Part shown: piece after piece, positions 9,966 through 20,616 of the stretch
How the letters are laid out: every line of letters starts with the position of its first letter
How positions within the stretch are numbered: the first letter of the stretch is position 1
DNA from: Candidatus Cloacimonadales bacterium
GTDB lineage: Bacteria; Cloacimonadota; Cloacimonadia; Cloacimonadales; JAIOQZ01
Direction of reading: 5' to 3'
Length of the DNA: 64,000 nucleotides
Assembly: GCA_963665815.1 (NCBI GenBank)
Contig: OY762463.1
Coordinates: 3,360,001-3,424,000, forward strand
Translations under genes and position numbers: made by a program
The notes under the pieces: generated by a model
The model's input: only the letters and a program-made list of their open reading frames with translations
What the model was told of the DNA's origin: nothing
Database searches by the model: none

Positions 9966-12290
9966 CTAGTCAGTAAGTACTGTTTCGAAAACATCCTCTA
10001 TAGTTTTTGCATATATAGCTGTCATTCCTTCACGAACATCAGCTTTAACTTCCTCGAATGAATCTCTATTTTCTTCCGGGATAACGACAGTGTTAATTCC
10101 AGCTCGTTTTGCCGCAAGTATTTTTTCTCTAATTCCTCCGACAGGGAGTACTTTTCCTCTTAGAGTTATCTCTCCGGTCATGGCTATATTATGTTGAACT
10201 TTTTTACCTGTTAATAGAGAAAGCAGGCAGGTTGTAAGTGTAACACCGGCTGAAGGTCCGTCTTTAGGGACTGCTCCTGCCGGCAGGTGAATGTGAACAT
10301 CATTCTTTGTGAATATCTCAGGGTTAATTCCGTGTTTTTCCGAGATACTTTTTACAAGACTTACAGCTATTCTGGCAGATTCCTTCATTACTTCTCCAAG
10401 CAGACCTGTAAGAATAAGCTGACCTTTTCCGGGTAGCAGTGTACCTTCGCAGAAAAGAATTTCTCCACCAAAGGAAGTCCAGGCAAGTCCTGTAACAACC
10501 GCTACTTCAGGTTTTCTGTTCGCCAGATCGTGCGAAATTTTTCTTCTTCCCAGATAATCAGATACATTTTTAGATGTAACTGTAATTTTTTCATTGCTGC
10601 CTTCAGCTACTTTTCTAGCTATCTTACGCATTACAGTCCCAATTCGTCTCTGAAGAGTTCTGACTCCGGCTTCTCTTACGTAATACCTGATAATCTCTTC
10701 CAGAGCTGATTTCATAACTCTGACTTCATTGCCTGAAAGCCCATTGTTTTCCATTTCTCTTGGTACCAGGTATTTACGGCCAATCTGTACTTTTTCCTCT
10801 TCAATGTAACTGGAGAAATTAATGATTTCCATCCTGTCCCTGAGAGGTCCCGGAATAGTACCGAGATCATTAGCTGTAGTGATGAACATCACTTCTGAAA
10901 GATCAAAAGGCAGGTTCAGGTAATTATCGACAAAATTATTGTTTTGTTCTGGATCGAGTACTTCCAGTAGTGCTGAAGCAGGATCACCTCTGAAGTCTTT
11001 ACCGATTTTATCAATTTCATCAAGCATGAAGAGTGGATTTGCAGTTCCGGCTCTTTTTATCTCGTTAATGATTTTACCGGGCATTGCCCCGATATATGTA
11101 CGTCTGTGTCCTCTTACTTCCGATTCATCATGGATACCTCCAAGAGAAATCCGGATGAACTTTCTTTTCATTGCCCTGGCTATTGAACGTCCAAGAGATG
11201 TCTTTCCGACTCCCGGAGGTCCTGCAAAGCAGAGGATTGGTCCTTTTAAGCTGCTTTTTAGTTTTTTTACAGCAATAAATTCCATGATCCTTTCTTTTGC
11301 TTTATCAAGTCCATAGTGGTCTTTTGTGAGAATTTGATCAATTTTCTTCAAATCAAGTCTGTCTTCGCTGTATTTATTCCAGGGCAGATTAACTATCCAT
11401 TCCAGATAGTTTCTGATTACGCTGTACTCACTTGAAGACGGAGACATGACTGAAAGTCTTTCAAGTTCTTCTCTTGCAGTTTCTTCAACTTGTTCAGGCA
11501 GATCAGCTTTATTTATAAGGGCTTCCCACTTCTTGTATTCCTGATTTACTTCATCAGATTCACCGAGTTCTTTCTTAATAGCATCTAGTTGTTCTCTGAG
11601 ATAGTACTTTCTCTGGTCCTCATCCATTTCCAGTTGGATATTGGATCTGATTCGATTTTCGATCTTCATCTGTTTGATCATCTCAGAAAGGTATTGGTTC
11701 AAGAGTTCAAATCTTTTCTGAAGATCCAGAGTAGAAAGAATAATCTGTTTCTTTTCAACACTGATGTTAACATTACCTGCTATAATATCTGCGACCCTGC
11801 TGGGTTGTTTTACACTGCGAAGTCCCATGATCAGCTCTTTGGATAGATCATTACTTTCTTCGACGATGTTTTCAAGGAGTTCTATAGCAACTTTTTTAAG
11901 TGCGTCTATTTTGGGTGAATCATCAGAAGTTTCAGGGATAGTCTCAGCTTCAACCATTAAATATGGTTCCTCCTGAATTATTTTTTCCACTTTAAGGCGG
12001 GATATCCCCTGCAAAAGCAAACTTATGGTTCCGTCATTATTTCTGAGCATTCTCAGAATCGAAACAGCTGTACCATATTCATATATATCTTTTGAGTTTT
12101 CAGTATCATTTTCATTGTCTTTTGCCAGAAAAAACCCCAGGAGCTTTTCACTGTTCAGTGCGAAATCTATAACCTTCTTCAGGTTACTGTCAGAAACAAC
12201 TAAGGGCATCATTAAGTAAGGGTACATAACAATGTTATTTACCTGAATTACTGCAAGCTGTCTTGGAATTCTTTTTGTTGGTTCGCTCAT
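9966..12290 (-). CDS. lon: ATP-dependent Lon protease
   Basis: Walker [28 protein letters not shown], catalytic [14 protein letters not shown]. Confidence 0.97.
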   Translation of the reverse strand: MSEPTKRIPRQLAVIQVNNIVMYPYLMMPLVVSDSNLKKVIDFALNSEKLLGFFLAKDNENDTENSKDIYEYGTAVSILRMLRNNDGTISLLLQGISRLKVEKIIQEEPYLMVEAETIPETSDDSPKIDALKKVAIELLENIVEESNDLSKELIMGLRSVKQPSRVADIIAGNVNISVEKKQIILSTLDLQKRFELLNQYLSEMIKQMKIENRIRSNIQLEMDEDQRKYYLREQLDAIKKELGESDEVNQEYKKWEALINKADLPEQVEETAREELERLSVMSPSSSEYSVIRNYLEWIVNLPWNKYSEDRLDLKKIDQILTKDHYGLDKAKERIMEFIAVKKLKSSLKGPILCFAGPPGVGKTSLGRSIARAMKRKFIRISLGGIHDESEVRGHRRTYIGAMPGKIINEIKRAGTANPLFMLDEIDKIGKDFRGDPASALLEVLDPEQNNNFVDNYLNLPFDLSEVMFITTANDLGTIPGPLRDRMEIINFSSYIEEEKVQIGRKYLVPREMENNGLSGNEVRVMKSALEEIIRYYVREAGVRTLQRRIGTVMRKIARKVAEGSNEKITVTSKNVSDYLGRRKISHDLANRKPEVAVVTGLAWTSFGGEILFCEGTLLPGKGQLILTGLLGEVMKESARIAVSLVKSISEKHGINPEIFTKNDVHIHLPAGAVPKDGPSAGVTLTTCLLSLLTGKKVQHNIAMTGEITLRGKVLPVGGIREKILAAKRAGINTVVIPEENRDSFEEVKADVREGMTAIYAKTIEDVFETVLTD

Positions 12291-12318
12291 AATCTTCTCT
12301 CCAGTTTTTCTAAAAGTC

Positions 12319-12475
12319 GAGATCTTTGCAATATTGGAGTAGTTGACTCGATTTTAGAATTCATCAAATTCTGACTCAAATTAAGCTTCTTTAAGAAGTT
12401 TTCCTGATGAATTAAAAAATCTCATCGATACTATTTATCCAAAGCCGTTTATTTTTGCTATTATGCAAAGCTCTC
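12319..12475. mobile_element. 157-bp MITE with 5-bp target-site duplication, upstream of lon
   Basis: Ends GAGATCTTTGCAAT and ATTATGCAAAGCTCTC, flanked by AAGTC on both sides (12314-12318 and 12476-12480). Ends are homologous to 18396-18451. Confidence 0.8.
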
Positions 12476-12586
12476 AAGTCTTACTTTTATAAATAATTTA
12501 CAACAAAAGCATTGTAAGTCAAATCAAATTTGAAATATACACTTTGTGTATGATGATATTTATTATCTAATACAGGTATAACTAAT

Positions 12587-13804
12587 TTATTGGCATCTTA
12601 TTACATCTATAGGGTTTTTAAGTAACGCTTTTCTGGCGGGATACCAGCTTGCTACAACAGAAATCAGAATTACGACTGCTGAAACTATCAGGTAGTCGTT
12701 AACATTGATTATTATTGGCAGACTCCTGATTGGAAATCCCTGAATAGAAACGCTTATCAGTTTGTATTTAATCTGTAGAAGGCTGAATAGCAATGAGGTA
12801 GTAACTCCGATTATCAGACCACTTATAGCAATTACAGCTCCACTTACAACAAACAGATTGCTGACGATTCTATCTGAAAAACCCATAGCTTTCAAGATAC
12901 CTATTTCATAGTTTTTCTCAGTAATCATTTTTATAAAATTACTACTGATGTTGAATGCCACAATGATAAACATAATTGAAATGACAAAAAACATCAGGAA
13001 TTTCTCAATTCTAATAGCTTTATAAATATTGGAATCAAATTCCGTCCAGTTCTCAACAATAAACTCATCACCAAGCTGTTTCTGAATCAATGCAGCTTTT
13101 TTATATGATTTAAAAGGATTCTCTGTAGAAACTGCGATATAATCACATTTTCCTTTATGAGATTTGAGATACTGAACATTTGGAAGTGAAATATAGGCAA
13201 TAACTTTGTTATAATCCGGCATTCCGGTGTCAATCAGGGAGATGACTCGCAGTTTTTTCTGAGCAGGCATTAACCCGAATGGTGTTGGAATTCCAAAATC
13301 CGGTGATGTAACTGTAACATATTCACCGACAGTAACATTCAGATTCATAGACAGATCCATACCGAGAATAACTCCATCTTCAGCAAAACTGTTCTCATTG
13401 ATTTCTCCGACAATGTTCTGATCATGGAGATCAATTACATTTAAATGGGAGTTCAGATCAACACCATAACAAAGCACCGGAGCAAGTCTCCCTTCCGATG
13501 ACATCATACATTCAAGCCTGCTGACGGGAGAGGATTCGGTATCATCCGTGTTTAATCTGTCTGCCAGTTCATGATAATTTTCAATAGGTGAATAGTCTTT
13601 GCTGTGAACCCAAATCTCTGACTTTGTTTTCACAATATGCTCTATCATATAATGCTGCATACCATTAAGAATGGATACAATTACAATTGTTGCTACAACA
13701 CCGATTACGATACCTGCAAGGGCAAGCAGATGATGCGTTGAGAAAAGCATTCGGTTTCTTTTTCTTAAATATTTCAGAGCGAGAAAGTATGTCAGATTAT
13801 TCAT
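12587..13804 (-). CDS. LolC/LolE-like (MacB/FtsX family) ABC transporter permease
   Basis: N-terminal TM, periplasmic domain, EIGILKAMG motif, SWYPARKA...P C-terminus. Confidence 0.85.
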   Translation of the reverse strand: MNNLTYFLALKYLRKRNRMLFSTHHLLALAGIVIGVVATIVIVSILNGMQHYMIEHIVKTKSEIWVHSKDYSPIENYHELADRLNTDDTESSPVSRLECMMSSEGRLAPVLCYGVDLNSHLNVIDLHDQNIVGEINENSFAEDGVILGMDLSMNLNVTVGEYVTVTSPDFGIPTPFGLMPAQKKLRVISLIDTGMPDYNKVIAYISLPNVQYLKSHKGKCDYIAVSTENPFKSYKKAALIQKQLGDEFIVENWTEFDSNIYKAIRIEKFLMFFVISIMFIIVAFNISSNFIKMITEKNYEIGILKAMGFSDRIVSNLFVVSGAVIAISGLIIGVTTSLLFSLLQIKYKLISVSIQGFPIRSLPIIINVNDYLIVSAVVILISVVASWYPARKALLKNPIDVIRCQ

Positions 13805-13859
13805 TTATTATCCATTCAATTTTGAATTATCAATACAGGTTGAAAAGGTGGGAATCAAA

Positions 13860-14774
13860 TTATCCGGAAAGAAGTTTTGCTACAACTTTAATTAACGGGT
13901 ATAAGATTACACAGACCAATATTGATATTGAAACTGTATTAACAGCGAGTTTAGTGTCAAGTTTTTCAAGATCAGAAAATACAATAGCATTGTATCCTGA
14001 TGGTGTTGCTCCGATAAGCAGGGCAAGCTGAGTATTAGTTTCATTGAAACCGAATAACTTTGCAAGAACTAATGCCAGAAAGAATCCCAGAGCAACTTTA
14101 ATGAATATTGCTGTTAACATTAATCTCAATTTGTATATCTTGAAACTGAATTTTGCTCCCAGAATAATGAATGTCAGGGGAATAGTCATTTTTCCGAGTA
14201 TATTAAGAGTTTTGTCTAACTGCTCAGGAATTGTAATTCCGGTTTTATTCAGCAATATGGCAATAACAAGTGCCCAGAATGGTGGAACAGTAAGAATCTT
14301 CAGTATAAGAGATGCAGAGAAAGATTTTCCTGTTCCGAAATATGCTGCAATGGCATAGAACACTGTAAATACTAGAAGGGCGTTTCCCATATCAAACATA
14401 ATCAGAGTAATAACTTTTTCACTTCCCATATCCAGCATTACCAACGGTAACAAAAATCCTATATTAAGGATAGTTGTACTGAGAATGAAGGATCCCTTTG
14501 TTTTCTGGTCAAGCTTAAGCAAATAACTTAAAGCAAAAGATACAGATGTCAGAGTTGAGATGTGAATGATTGAGAATAGGGGAAAAGCAAGATTTGCTGA
14601 ATTGAAAGTATACGTCTTATAATTTGATAGTATCAAGGAGGGGATAATAAAATAGAACAGGAATCGAAGGAGTTTTGTAGATACATTTTCATCCAGAATT
14701 TTCAGTTTACGAGAAAAAACTCCGATACAGAATAAAATAAGTACCGGAGTTATAGTGATAAATGTTTCGATCAT
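13860..14774 (-). CDS. AEC (auxin efflux carrier) family transporter
   Basis: About 10 TM segments, with NIGFLLP, PPFWA, IPL..IILG and ATP motifs. Confidence 0.85.
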   Translation of the reverse strand: MIETFITITPVLILFCIGVFSRKLKILDENVSTKLLRFLFYFIIPSLILSNYKTYTFNSANLAFPLFSIIHISTLTSVSFALSYLLKLDQKTKGSFILSTTILNIGFLLPLVMLDMGSEKVITLIMFDMGNALLVFTVFYAIAAYFGTGKSFSASLILKILTVPPFWALVIAILLNKTGITIPEQLDKTLNILGKMTIPLTFIILGAKFSFKIYKLRLMLTAIFIKVALGFFLALVLAKLFGFNETNTQLALLIGATPSGYNAIVFSDLEKLDTKLAVNTVSISILVCVILYPLIKVVAKLLSG

Positions 14775-16045
14775 TTACTGAATATTTCTTTAAATTTATC
14801 GTATTTAATTGTTCCTGATAAAGAGAATTGAGAAGATCCGGTATCACCGAGGTCAGCGGAAAATGCAGCGTTAAGATCAAACGCATCTGCAGAGTAGGTG
14901 AGACCACCGGTCAGGAATGTAGTATTGTTGGAGATGATTGATCCGAAGTTGTATTCGTTTGACCAGTCAGCAGAGTGATATTGAGTCTGATCGCACATTG
15001 GAAGATTGTAATCTCCTGAGAATACTTCCGGCATACTGATAAGCCCTACTCTGAAAGTAGTTTTGTCTTTAGTTTTTTCAAGACCTGCTTTAAGAATCAT
15101 TCTATCATCGAATTCCGAATTCATTTCGCTTGTTTTTTCGTAATTCATTTCTCCGAGAATTGTGATTTTTTGGGTTTCAATAGCAACACCGGCACCAATT
15201 ATTGCCGGTATTGTTACAGTGTATTTTCCACCGTAACCCATATCGAAATCCTGCTCGGTTCCTGTTTTGTATGTTGCACCAAGTGTAAACATACCTTTTT
15301 TATATAGAAAACCCGGCATGATTGAGAAATATGTTACATTATCTCCATCATGACCATAGTTAAAATGAAGTCTTTCTGTCTGAATGTCTACGATATTTAA
15401 TATACTGTTTAATCCTAAAGTAAGTCCTTCAACCGGCATTGCGTAGTTGGCAGATAATGTGAGATCGAATTTACGAAAAGATGTATCAAAATCGTAAACT
15501 TCTCCAGCATGAGAGACATGAGCAAAGTTGTTCAGATCAAGTGATTGAGGTATTGAAAAACTGAATGCAATATTTCCTGACCTACCAAGTTTTCTACCAT
15601 AGCTGATAATTCCTGATGGATAGGCTGAACCCATTTTAGTATTTCTATTTTCCGTTGTAAGAGCGTATTCTTCAACAATATTACCATCAATGTTTTCTTT
15701 TGAATAATTATAATAATCCGAGTAATCTTCTACTTCCGGTTTGAAACTTATTTCGATGTAAGTGTCTTTACTGTTGACTTTGAAACCTGCAGGGTTAAGA
15801 GTAGCGTTCTCAATTCCTTCGCATACAGGTATTCCAATGTGTCCTCTCCCCATAGCTTTTGTATTAAGCCTGTTGCGTGAGAAACTGTCAAACATTGGCT
15901 GCATGAATTCAGGGGATTCAAACCAGAGAAAATCATCATTGTAATAAGTGTTTTCCACATCTGTGCCTTCAACAGGGATGAATTCCGCTGCTAAGCCGGA
16001 AATTAATAATGACATTAACAGTGCTGAAAAAAGTAATCGTCGCAT
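14771..16045 (-). CDS. Outer-membrane beta-barrel, FadL/PorV-like
   Basis: Signal peptide, AMG..IG...NPAG hatch motif, alternating beta-strand pattern. Confidence 0.6.
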   Translation of the reverse strand: MRRLLFSALLMSLLISGLAAEFIPVEGTDVENTYYNDDFLWFESPEFMQPMFDSFSRNRLNTKAMGRGHIGIPVCEGIENATLNPAGFKVNSKDTYIEISFKPEVEDYSDYYNYSKENIDGNIVEEYALTTENRNTKMGSAYPSGIISYGRKLGRSGNIAFSFSIPQSLDLNNFAHVSHAGEVYDFDTSFRKFDLTLSANYAMPVEGLTLGLNSILNIVDIQTERLHFNYGHDGDNVTYFSIMPGFLYKKGMFTLGATYKTGTEQDFDMGYGGKYTVTIPAIIGAGVAIETQKITILGEMNYEKTSEMNSEFDDRMILKAGLEKTKDKTTFRVGLISMPEVFSGDYNLPMCDQTQYHSADWSNEYNFGSIISNNTTFLTGGLTYSADAFDLNAAFSADLGDTGSSQFSLSGTIKYDKFKEIFSK

Positions 16046-17304
16046 TAAGCCTCCTCTCTGATAATTGTTTGTTTTCTGTCAGGACCTACAGATACAATGC
16101 TCACAGGGGTCCGTAAAAGCTCCTCAATCCTGTGAATATAGTTTTTAGCATTCTGCGGCAGGTCTTTATATCCGGAAATCTGGCATGTCGAAGACTTCCA
16201 CCCTGGCAGTTCTTCGTAAACCGGTTCAATATTCAGGTATTGGATATTGTTATCCGGCATTTTATCTGTCAATTTACCGTCAATTTTATAGTGAGTACAA
16301 ATTTTAATTGTATCAAAGTCATCAAGAACATCAAGCAGAGTCAGAGCAATATCGGAGACTCCGTTTATCATGGCAGTATAACGAGCTGCAACTGCATCAA
16401 ACCAGCCGCATCGTCTCGGACGTCCTGTAGTAGCACCAAACTCATTGCCGGCAGTTCTGATTTTTTCTCCTGTTTCATCGTTGAGCTCTGTTACAAATGG
16501 TCCGTTGCCTACTCTGGTAAAATAGCTTTTATATACTCCAACAACTCGTTCAATTTTAACAGGAGGAAATCCTGTTCCGGTAGCTATAGCACCACTTATT
16601 GTATTTGAAGAAGTTACAAACGGGTAAGTCCCGAAGTTAACATCAAGAAGTGCTCCCTGAGCTCCTTCAAACAAGAGTGTTTTACCTTCTTCGTACATCT
16701 CATTAAGCAAATATGGAACTGATTCTGTATATTGTTTAAGTTTTTGTCCAACAGCAAAGAGTTCTTTAACCTGTTCTTCAAAATCATCAAATGGGAAACC
16801 ATGAGTATGATAGAAATTTTCAAGTCTTTCTCTCAGGACTTTTTCATCAAGGATATGAGAAACACGCAATGCCACTCGTGAAACATTGTCAGCGTATGCC
16901 GGACCTATTCCACGCTTGGTAGTTCCGATTTTTGTAAGCCCCGGTGTATCTTCTCTTTTGTTATCCAAAGCAACATGATGAGGAAGCACCAGTGTGGTTC
17001 TTGGGTCGATTTTGAATCTGCCTTCAAAAGCAATCCCCTGTCTTTCGAGTGCTCCCATCTCTTCCAGAAGCTGGTAAGGGTTGACGACAACACCTGCACC
17101 AAGAACACAGATTTTATCTTTATATAATATTCCTGCCGGAACTAAGTGAAAAACGTATTTTTTATCTTCAAGATGAATTGTGTGACCCGCGTTGTTTCCG
17201 CCCTGGAAACGTATTACCGCATCTGCTTTTTCTGCCAGGAAGTCAGTAATCTTAGCTTTTCCTTCGTCTCCATACAAACAACCCAGAACTGCAAGTGAAC
17301 TCAT
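16045..17304 (-). CDS. purA: Adenylosuccinate synthetase
   Basis: GDEGKAK, GGNNAGHT, GTTKRGIGPAY, EGAQG, EFGATTGRPRRCGW. Confidence 0.97.
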   Translation of the reverse strand: MSSLAVLGCLYGDEGKAKITDFLAEKADAVIRFQGGNNAGHTIHLEDKKYVFHLVPAGILYKDKICVLGAGVVVNPYQLLEEMGALERQGIAFEGRFKIDPRTTLVLPHHVALDNKREDTPGLTKIGTTKRGIGPAYADNVSRVALRVSHILDEKVLRERLENFYHTHGFPFDDFEEQVKELFAVGQKLKQYTESVPYLLNEMYEEGKTLLFEGAQGALLDVNFGTYPFVTSSNTISGAIATGTGFPPVKIERVVGVYKSYFTRVGNGPFVTELNDETGEKIRTAGNEFGATTGRPRRCGWFDAVAARYTAMINGVSDIALTLLDVLDDFDTIKICTHYKIDGKLTDKMPDNNIQYLNIEPVYEELPGWKSSTCQISGYKDLPQNAKNYIHRIEELLRTPVSIVSVGPDRKQTIIREEA

Positions 17305-17409
17305 TATATCTCCTTATTCAATAAGAACTTTATTACGGAGCTTTTTATAGAGTACACAAAAAAATTGTCAAGAAAGCAAAACTGTAATTTATTGCTTTTG
17401 AGGTAAAAA

Positions 17410-18390
17410 ATGGATTTAAAACTACAGAAATTATATAATAATCAAATCTTCAGCAAGTTTAAAGTGAAATTCGGAGGAAGTAATTATTCAGAAGCATCAG
17501 GATTCGAAAGTTTTGTCTATGAGTTTGAAAGAAACAATTTACAGCTTATTCTGAAAGTATCTCATAGCTCAAGAAGAACTCCTGAAGAAATTCAGGGAGA
17601 AATAGATTATCTTAATTACCTGCATGATGAAAATATTCCTGTTGCTCTTGTAGAAAAATCAATGTCAGGTAATTTTGTAGAAGTTGAAGAAGCTGATGAA
17701 GGTTTTTTTACCGGAATATGTTTTCGTAAAGCTGATGGACGACATATCAAAAAAGAAGATAAGACACCGAAGCTGTTTCATAAGATGGGAAAGTTACAGG
17801 CTGCTATGCACAATTCAGCAGAAAAAGCTAACTTGAATGATATTAAGTTTCATCGTCCCGATTGTTTTTCAATGGATAGAAATTTAGTTCGAGACTCTCT
17901 GTCAGAAAATGATAATGAGGTTATCACAATATATGATGATTTGTTGGCGGTATTTGATAGACAGGAGAAGACTTCAAAGAACTATGGTATAATGCACTAT
18001 GACTTTCATCCCGGTAATTTTTTTATAAATGGAGACAAATTGACTCTGTTTGATTTCGATGATAGTGTTTACTTCTGGTTTAATGCTGATATGGCTATTA
18101 CATTATTCTATCAGGTTCCACATCATATAAAAACACAAAAAGAATTTGACAGTGTTAAATTGTTTCTGGATAATTTTCTCAAAGGCTACACAGAGATTCG
18201 CTGTTTTGATTCAAAGTGTATAACGGAATTTAGTAACTACATGAAAATGCGGGAGATAATCCTTTATGCAATTCTTCAGGTTAGTGGTCTTGCAGGGAAA
18301 AATGCCTGGGTGGATGGATTCCTGAATAATAGAAAAAACAAAATAATAAATCATGTGCCATATCTGGATTTTTCCAGAATTGGCTATTAA
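17410..18390 (+). CDS. APH/homoserine-kinase-II-like phosphotransferase
   Basis: ILK, HYDFHPGN (Brenner motif), FDFDD. Confidence 0.85.
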   Translation: MDLKLQKLYNNQIFSKFKVKFGGSNYSEASGFESFVYEFERNNLQLILKVSHSSRRTPEEIQGEIDYLNYLHDENIPVALVEKSMSGNFVEVEEADEGFFTGICFRKADGRHIKKEDKTPKLFHKMGKLQAAMHNSAEKANLNDIKFHRPDCFSMDRNLVRDSLSENDNEVITIYDDLLAVFDRQEKTSKNYGIMHYDFHPGNFFINGDKLTLFDFDDSVYFWFNADMAITLFYQVPHHIKTQKEFDSVKLFLDNFLKGYTEIRCFDSKCITEFSNYMKMREIILYAILQVSGLAGKNAWVDGFLNNRKNKIINHVPYLDFSRIGY

Positions 18391-18395
18391 AAAAG

Positions 18396-18451
18396 GAGAG
18401 CTTTGCATAATAGCAAAATCAAGTCAACTACCTCAATTATGCAAAGGTCTC
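18396..18451. mobile_element. 56-bp internally deleted copy of the same MITE family
   Basis: GAGAGCTTTGCATAAT / ATTATGCAAAGGTCTC inverted ends, flanks AAAAG/GAAAG. A 23-bp exact reverse-complement match to 12453-12475. Confidence 0.8.
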
Positions 18452-18464
18452 GAAAGGATGTTAC

Positions 18465-20114
18465 ATGACCAGGTTAAGCTATCTTATATTACTGCTATTA
18501 CTAACCATAAGTATTTCAGCTGAAGATTTCAATATACAGGTTGATTTTTCTGACAGTACAAGCCATGAGCTGTTCAACTACAAGGGAAGAGTTCCGGCAA
18601 AAGCTGAAGGCAGCGGAGTTATGTTGATGAACGGAGGCTATGCTTCAAATCACAATAATTCTGTAAAAATCAACTCTGTTATCAAGGGAAATCACAAGAA
18701 AGAGACAATTTCTTTCAATTTGTTTATCACTCCCGGGGGAGACGGAGCAGGATTTGCTCTTCTGAACGGGAAACATATCTCAGAAGACAGTCTTTCATAT
18801 ATAGCTGAACACTGGGAAACTCCCAACTTTAAGAAAGCTTTTGGTGTCGGTTTTGATATATACAATCCTCAGACCTCTGCCTGGTTTGATAAATACGGTA
18901 ATTTCTATGGTAGACCTCAGAGAGAAATCTCTCTGCACTGGGATGGTCGGGAAGTATACAAGGTAATGTCACCGATCGAGTTCCGATCTGATCCTATGCA
19001 TGACGAAATCCACAACATGAAGATAGAACTTGATTATGTAACAGGTGGGGCAGAAGCAAGTGTTAGTATTGATGATACTCTGGTTATTGAGAAATTCTTC
19101 ATTGCAGAAATGCTGCCTTATAATAAAGTGCCTGTAATGGGAGTGACAACATCTGATTTTACAACTACAGTATATGTGGATAGCCTCATTTTTTCAGGAG
19201 AAGGAGTGACTGTTGAACAGGAGTTGAAACAATCCTTTGTACTTGTAGATAACATGGAATTTCATTCAAAGAACAGAGAAGAATATAAAGAAGTTAAATT
19301 TCCTAAGGCAGGCCGGAAGACCGGAAGAGTGATTATGACTCTCGATCTTGGTGGACTGGCTGGTGGCCCCAGCGGTTGGGATGTCGGAGCATCTATATAC
19401 CTTTTTGATGCTGATTCTACCAAATACGAGATATGCAGGTTTATTACACCATATCACAGAGGTTACATCTGGAAAGTTGATGTGACTGACTTTTTACCAC
19501 TATTCAAAGGCAAAAAAAATGTCAGAGTTAACGTTAGTACCTGGGAACCAATAACAGAAGACCCGGCAAAACAGAAAGGCTGGAAAGTTCATGCAAAACT
19601 GGATTATTACGAAGGTCCATCTGAGTTCAGACCTGTGAAAGTTGTTAATCTCTGGGCAGGTAATGAAGAATATGGTAATCCTGAAAAACCTCTCTCTGAT
19701 TTCTTTGATACCAGAGAAGTGAAGGTCCCCAGAAAGACAGATAAAGTTAAAATTAGATTTGTTGTAACCGGGCATGGAATGTCTCCAAATTCCAACAATG
19801 CTGCTGAGTTCATGCCGGCTGACAGAACATTCATTGTTAACGGAAAAGAATTCCACAATAGACTATGGAAAACAGATTGCTATCTCAATCCATGTCGTCC
19901 TCAGGGTGGAACATGGAAATTTGACAGAGCCGGATGGGCTCCCGGAGATGTTGTTAAAGCCTGGGAAATAGACATTACGAATTATGTTGGTAAGGATAGA
20001 AAACTGAACTTTCAATATATTCCAATGGAATACATTAATGAAAACAGGAATGACAAAACCTATCCTCCACACCACAGAGTTGAGACGCAGTTGATATACT
20101 ACAAGAAAAGATAA
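18465..20114 (+). CDS. Secreted peptide-N-glycosidase F-like protein with N-terminal lectin-like domain
   Basis: GWD, EICRFITPY, DVTDF, VTGHG, AEF and C..NPCRPQGGTWKFDRAGW.PG motifs. The N-terminal part has a GGDG.GF...GVGFD legume-lectin-like pattern. Confidence 0.8.
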   Translation: MTRLSYLILLLLLTISISAEDFNIQVDFSDSTSHELFNYKGRVPAKAEGSGVMLMNGGYASNHNNSVKINSVIKGNHKKETISFNLFITPGGDGAGFALLNGKHISEDSLSYIAEHWETPNFKKAFGVGFDIYNPQTSAWFDKYGNFYGRPQREISLHWDGREVYKVMSPIEFRSDPMHDEIHNMKIELDYVTGGAEASVSIDDTLVIEKFFIAEMLPYNKVPVMGVTTSDFTTTVYVDSLIFSGEGVTVEQELKQSFVLVDNMEFHSKNREEYKEVKFPKAGRKTGRVIMTLDLGGLAGGPSGWDVGASIYLFDADSTKYEICRFITPYHRGYIWKVDVTDFLPLFKGKKNVRVNVSTWEPITEDPAKQKGWKVHAKLDYYEGPSEFRPVKVVNLWAGNEEYGNPEKPLSDFFDTREVKVPRKTDKVKIRFVVTGHGMSPNSNNAAEFMPADRTFIVNGKEFHNRLWKTDCYLNPCRPQGGTWKFDRAGWAPGDVVKAWEIDITNYVGKDRKLNFQYIPMEYINENRNDKTYPPHHRVETQLIYYKKR

Positions 20115-20151
20115 ATTGTACAGGTATTTAATTGCAAAATGTGAGGAAAAA

Positions 20152-20616
20152 ATGAAAAGGAAAGACAGAGAAATTACTGATAAAACACAGATTGAGGATA
20201 TCCTCAAGAAGGGTAACCTGCTTAACCTTGGACTTATAGATGAGAATTCACCGTATGTTGTTCCCATGAATTACGGATATTCAGATGGAAAGATCTATCT
20301 GCATTGTGCCCGTGAAGGACATAAGATAGATTTGATAAGAAAAAATCCTAATGTTTGTTTTACTGTCAGCATTGATGTGGAAGTTGATCTGGATGTTCAT
20401 TGTCCAACAACATATTATATGAGTGTTGCAGGTTCGGGAGAAGCGATTATTCCAGACAGTGAGGGAGTAAAGGTGGATGCCTTGAAAAGATTTATGAAAC
20501 ACTACAATAGGGCATGCGATGAAGAATTTCTCAGAAAGGCAGTTGAGTATACGGAGATTATCGTTATTGATATAAAATCAATGACAGGCAAAAAGAACTT
20601 AAAGCACCAGAAATGA
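20152..20616 (+). CDS. Pyridoxamine 5'-phosphate oxidase-like (NimA-type) flavin-binding protein
   Basis: MKRKDREI, PYVVPMNY, IYLHCAREGHK, NPNVCF. Start adjusted to the ATG after GAGG. Confidence 0.85.
   Translation: MKRKDREITDKTQIEDILKKGNLLNLGLIDENSPYVVPMNYGYSDGKIYLHCAREGHKIDLIRKNPNVCFTVSIDVEVDLDVHCPTTYYMSVAGSGEAIIPDSEGVKVDALKRFMKHYNRACDEEFLRKAVEYTEIIVIDIKSMTGKKNLKHQK

Noticed and set aside
12330-12385. HspR/CtsR-type heat-shock operator before lon
   Set aside because: The spacing does not fit HAIR (CTTGAGT-N7-ACTCAAG), and the sequence lies inside the MITE.
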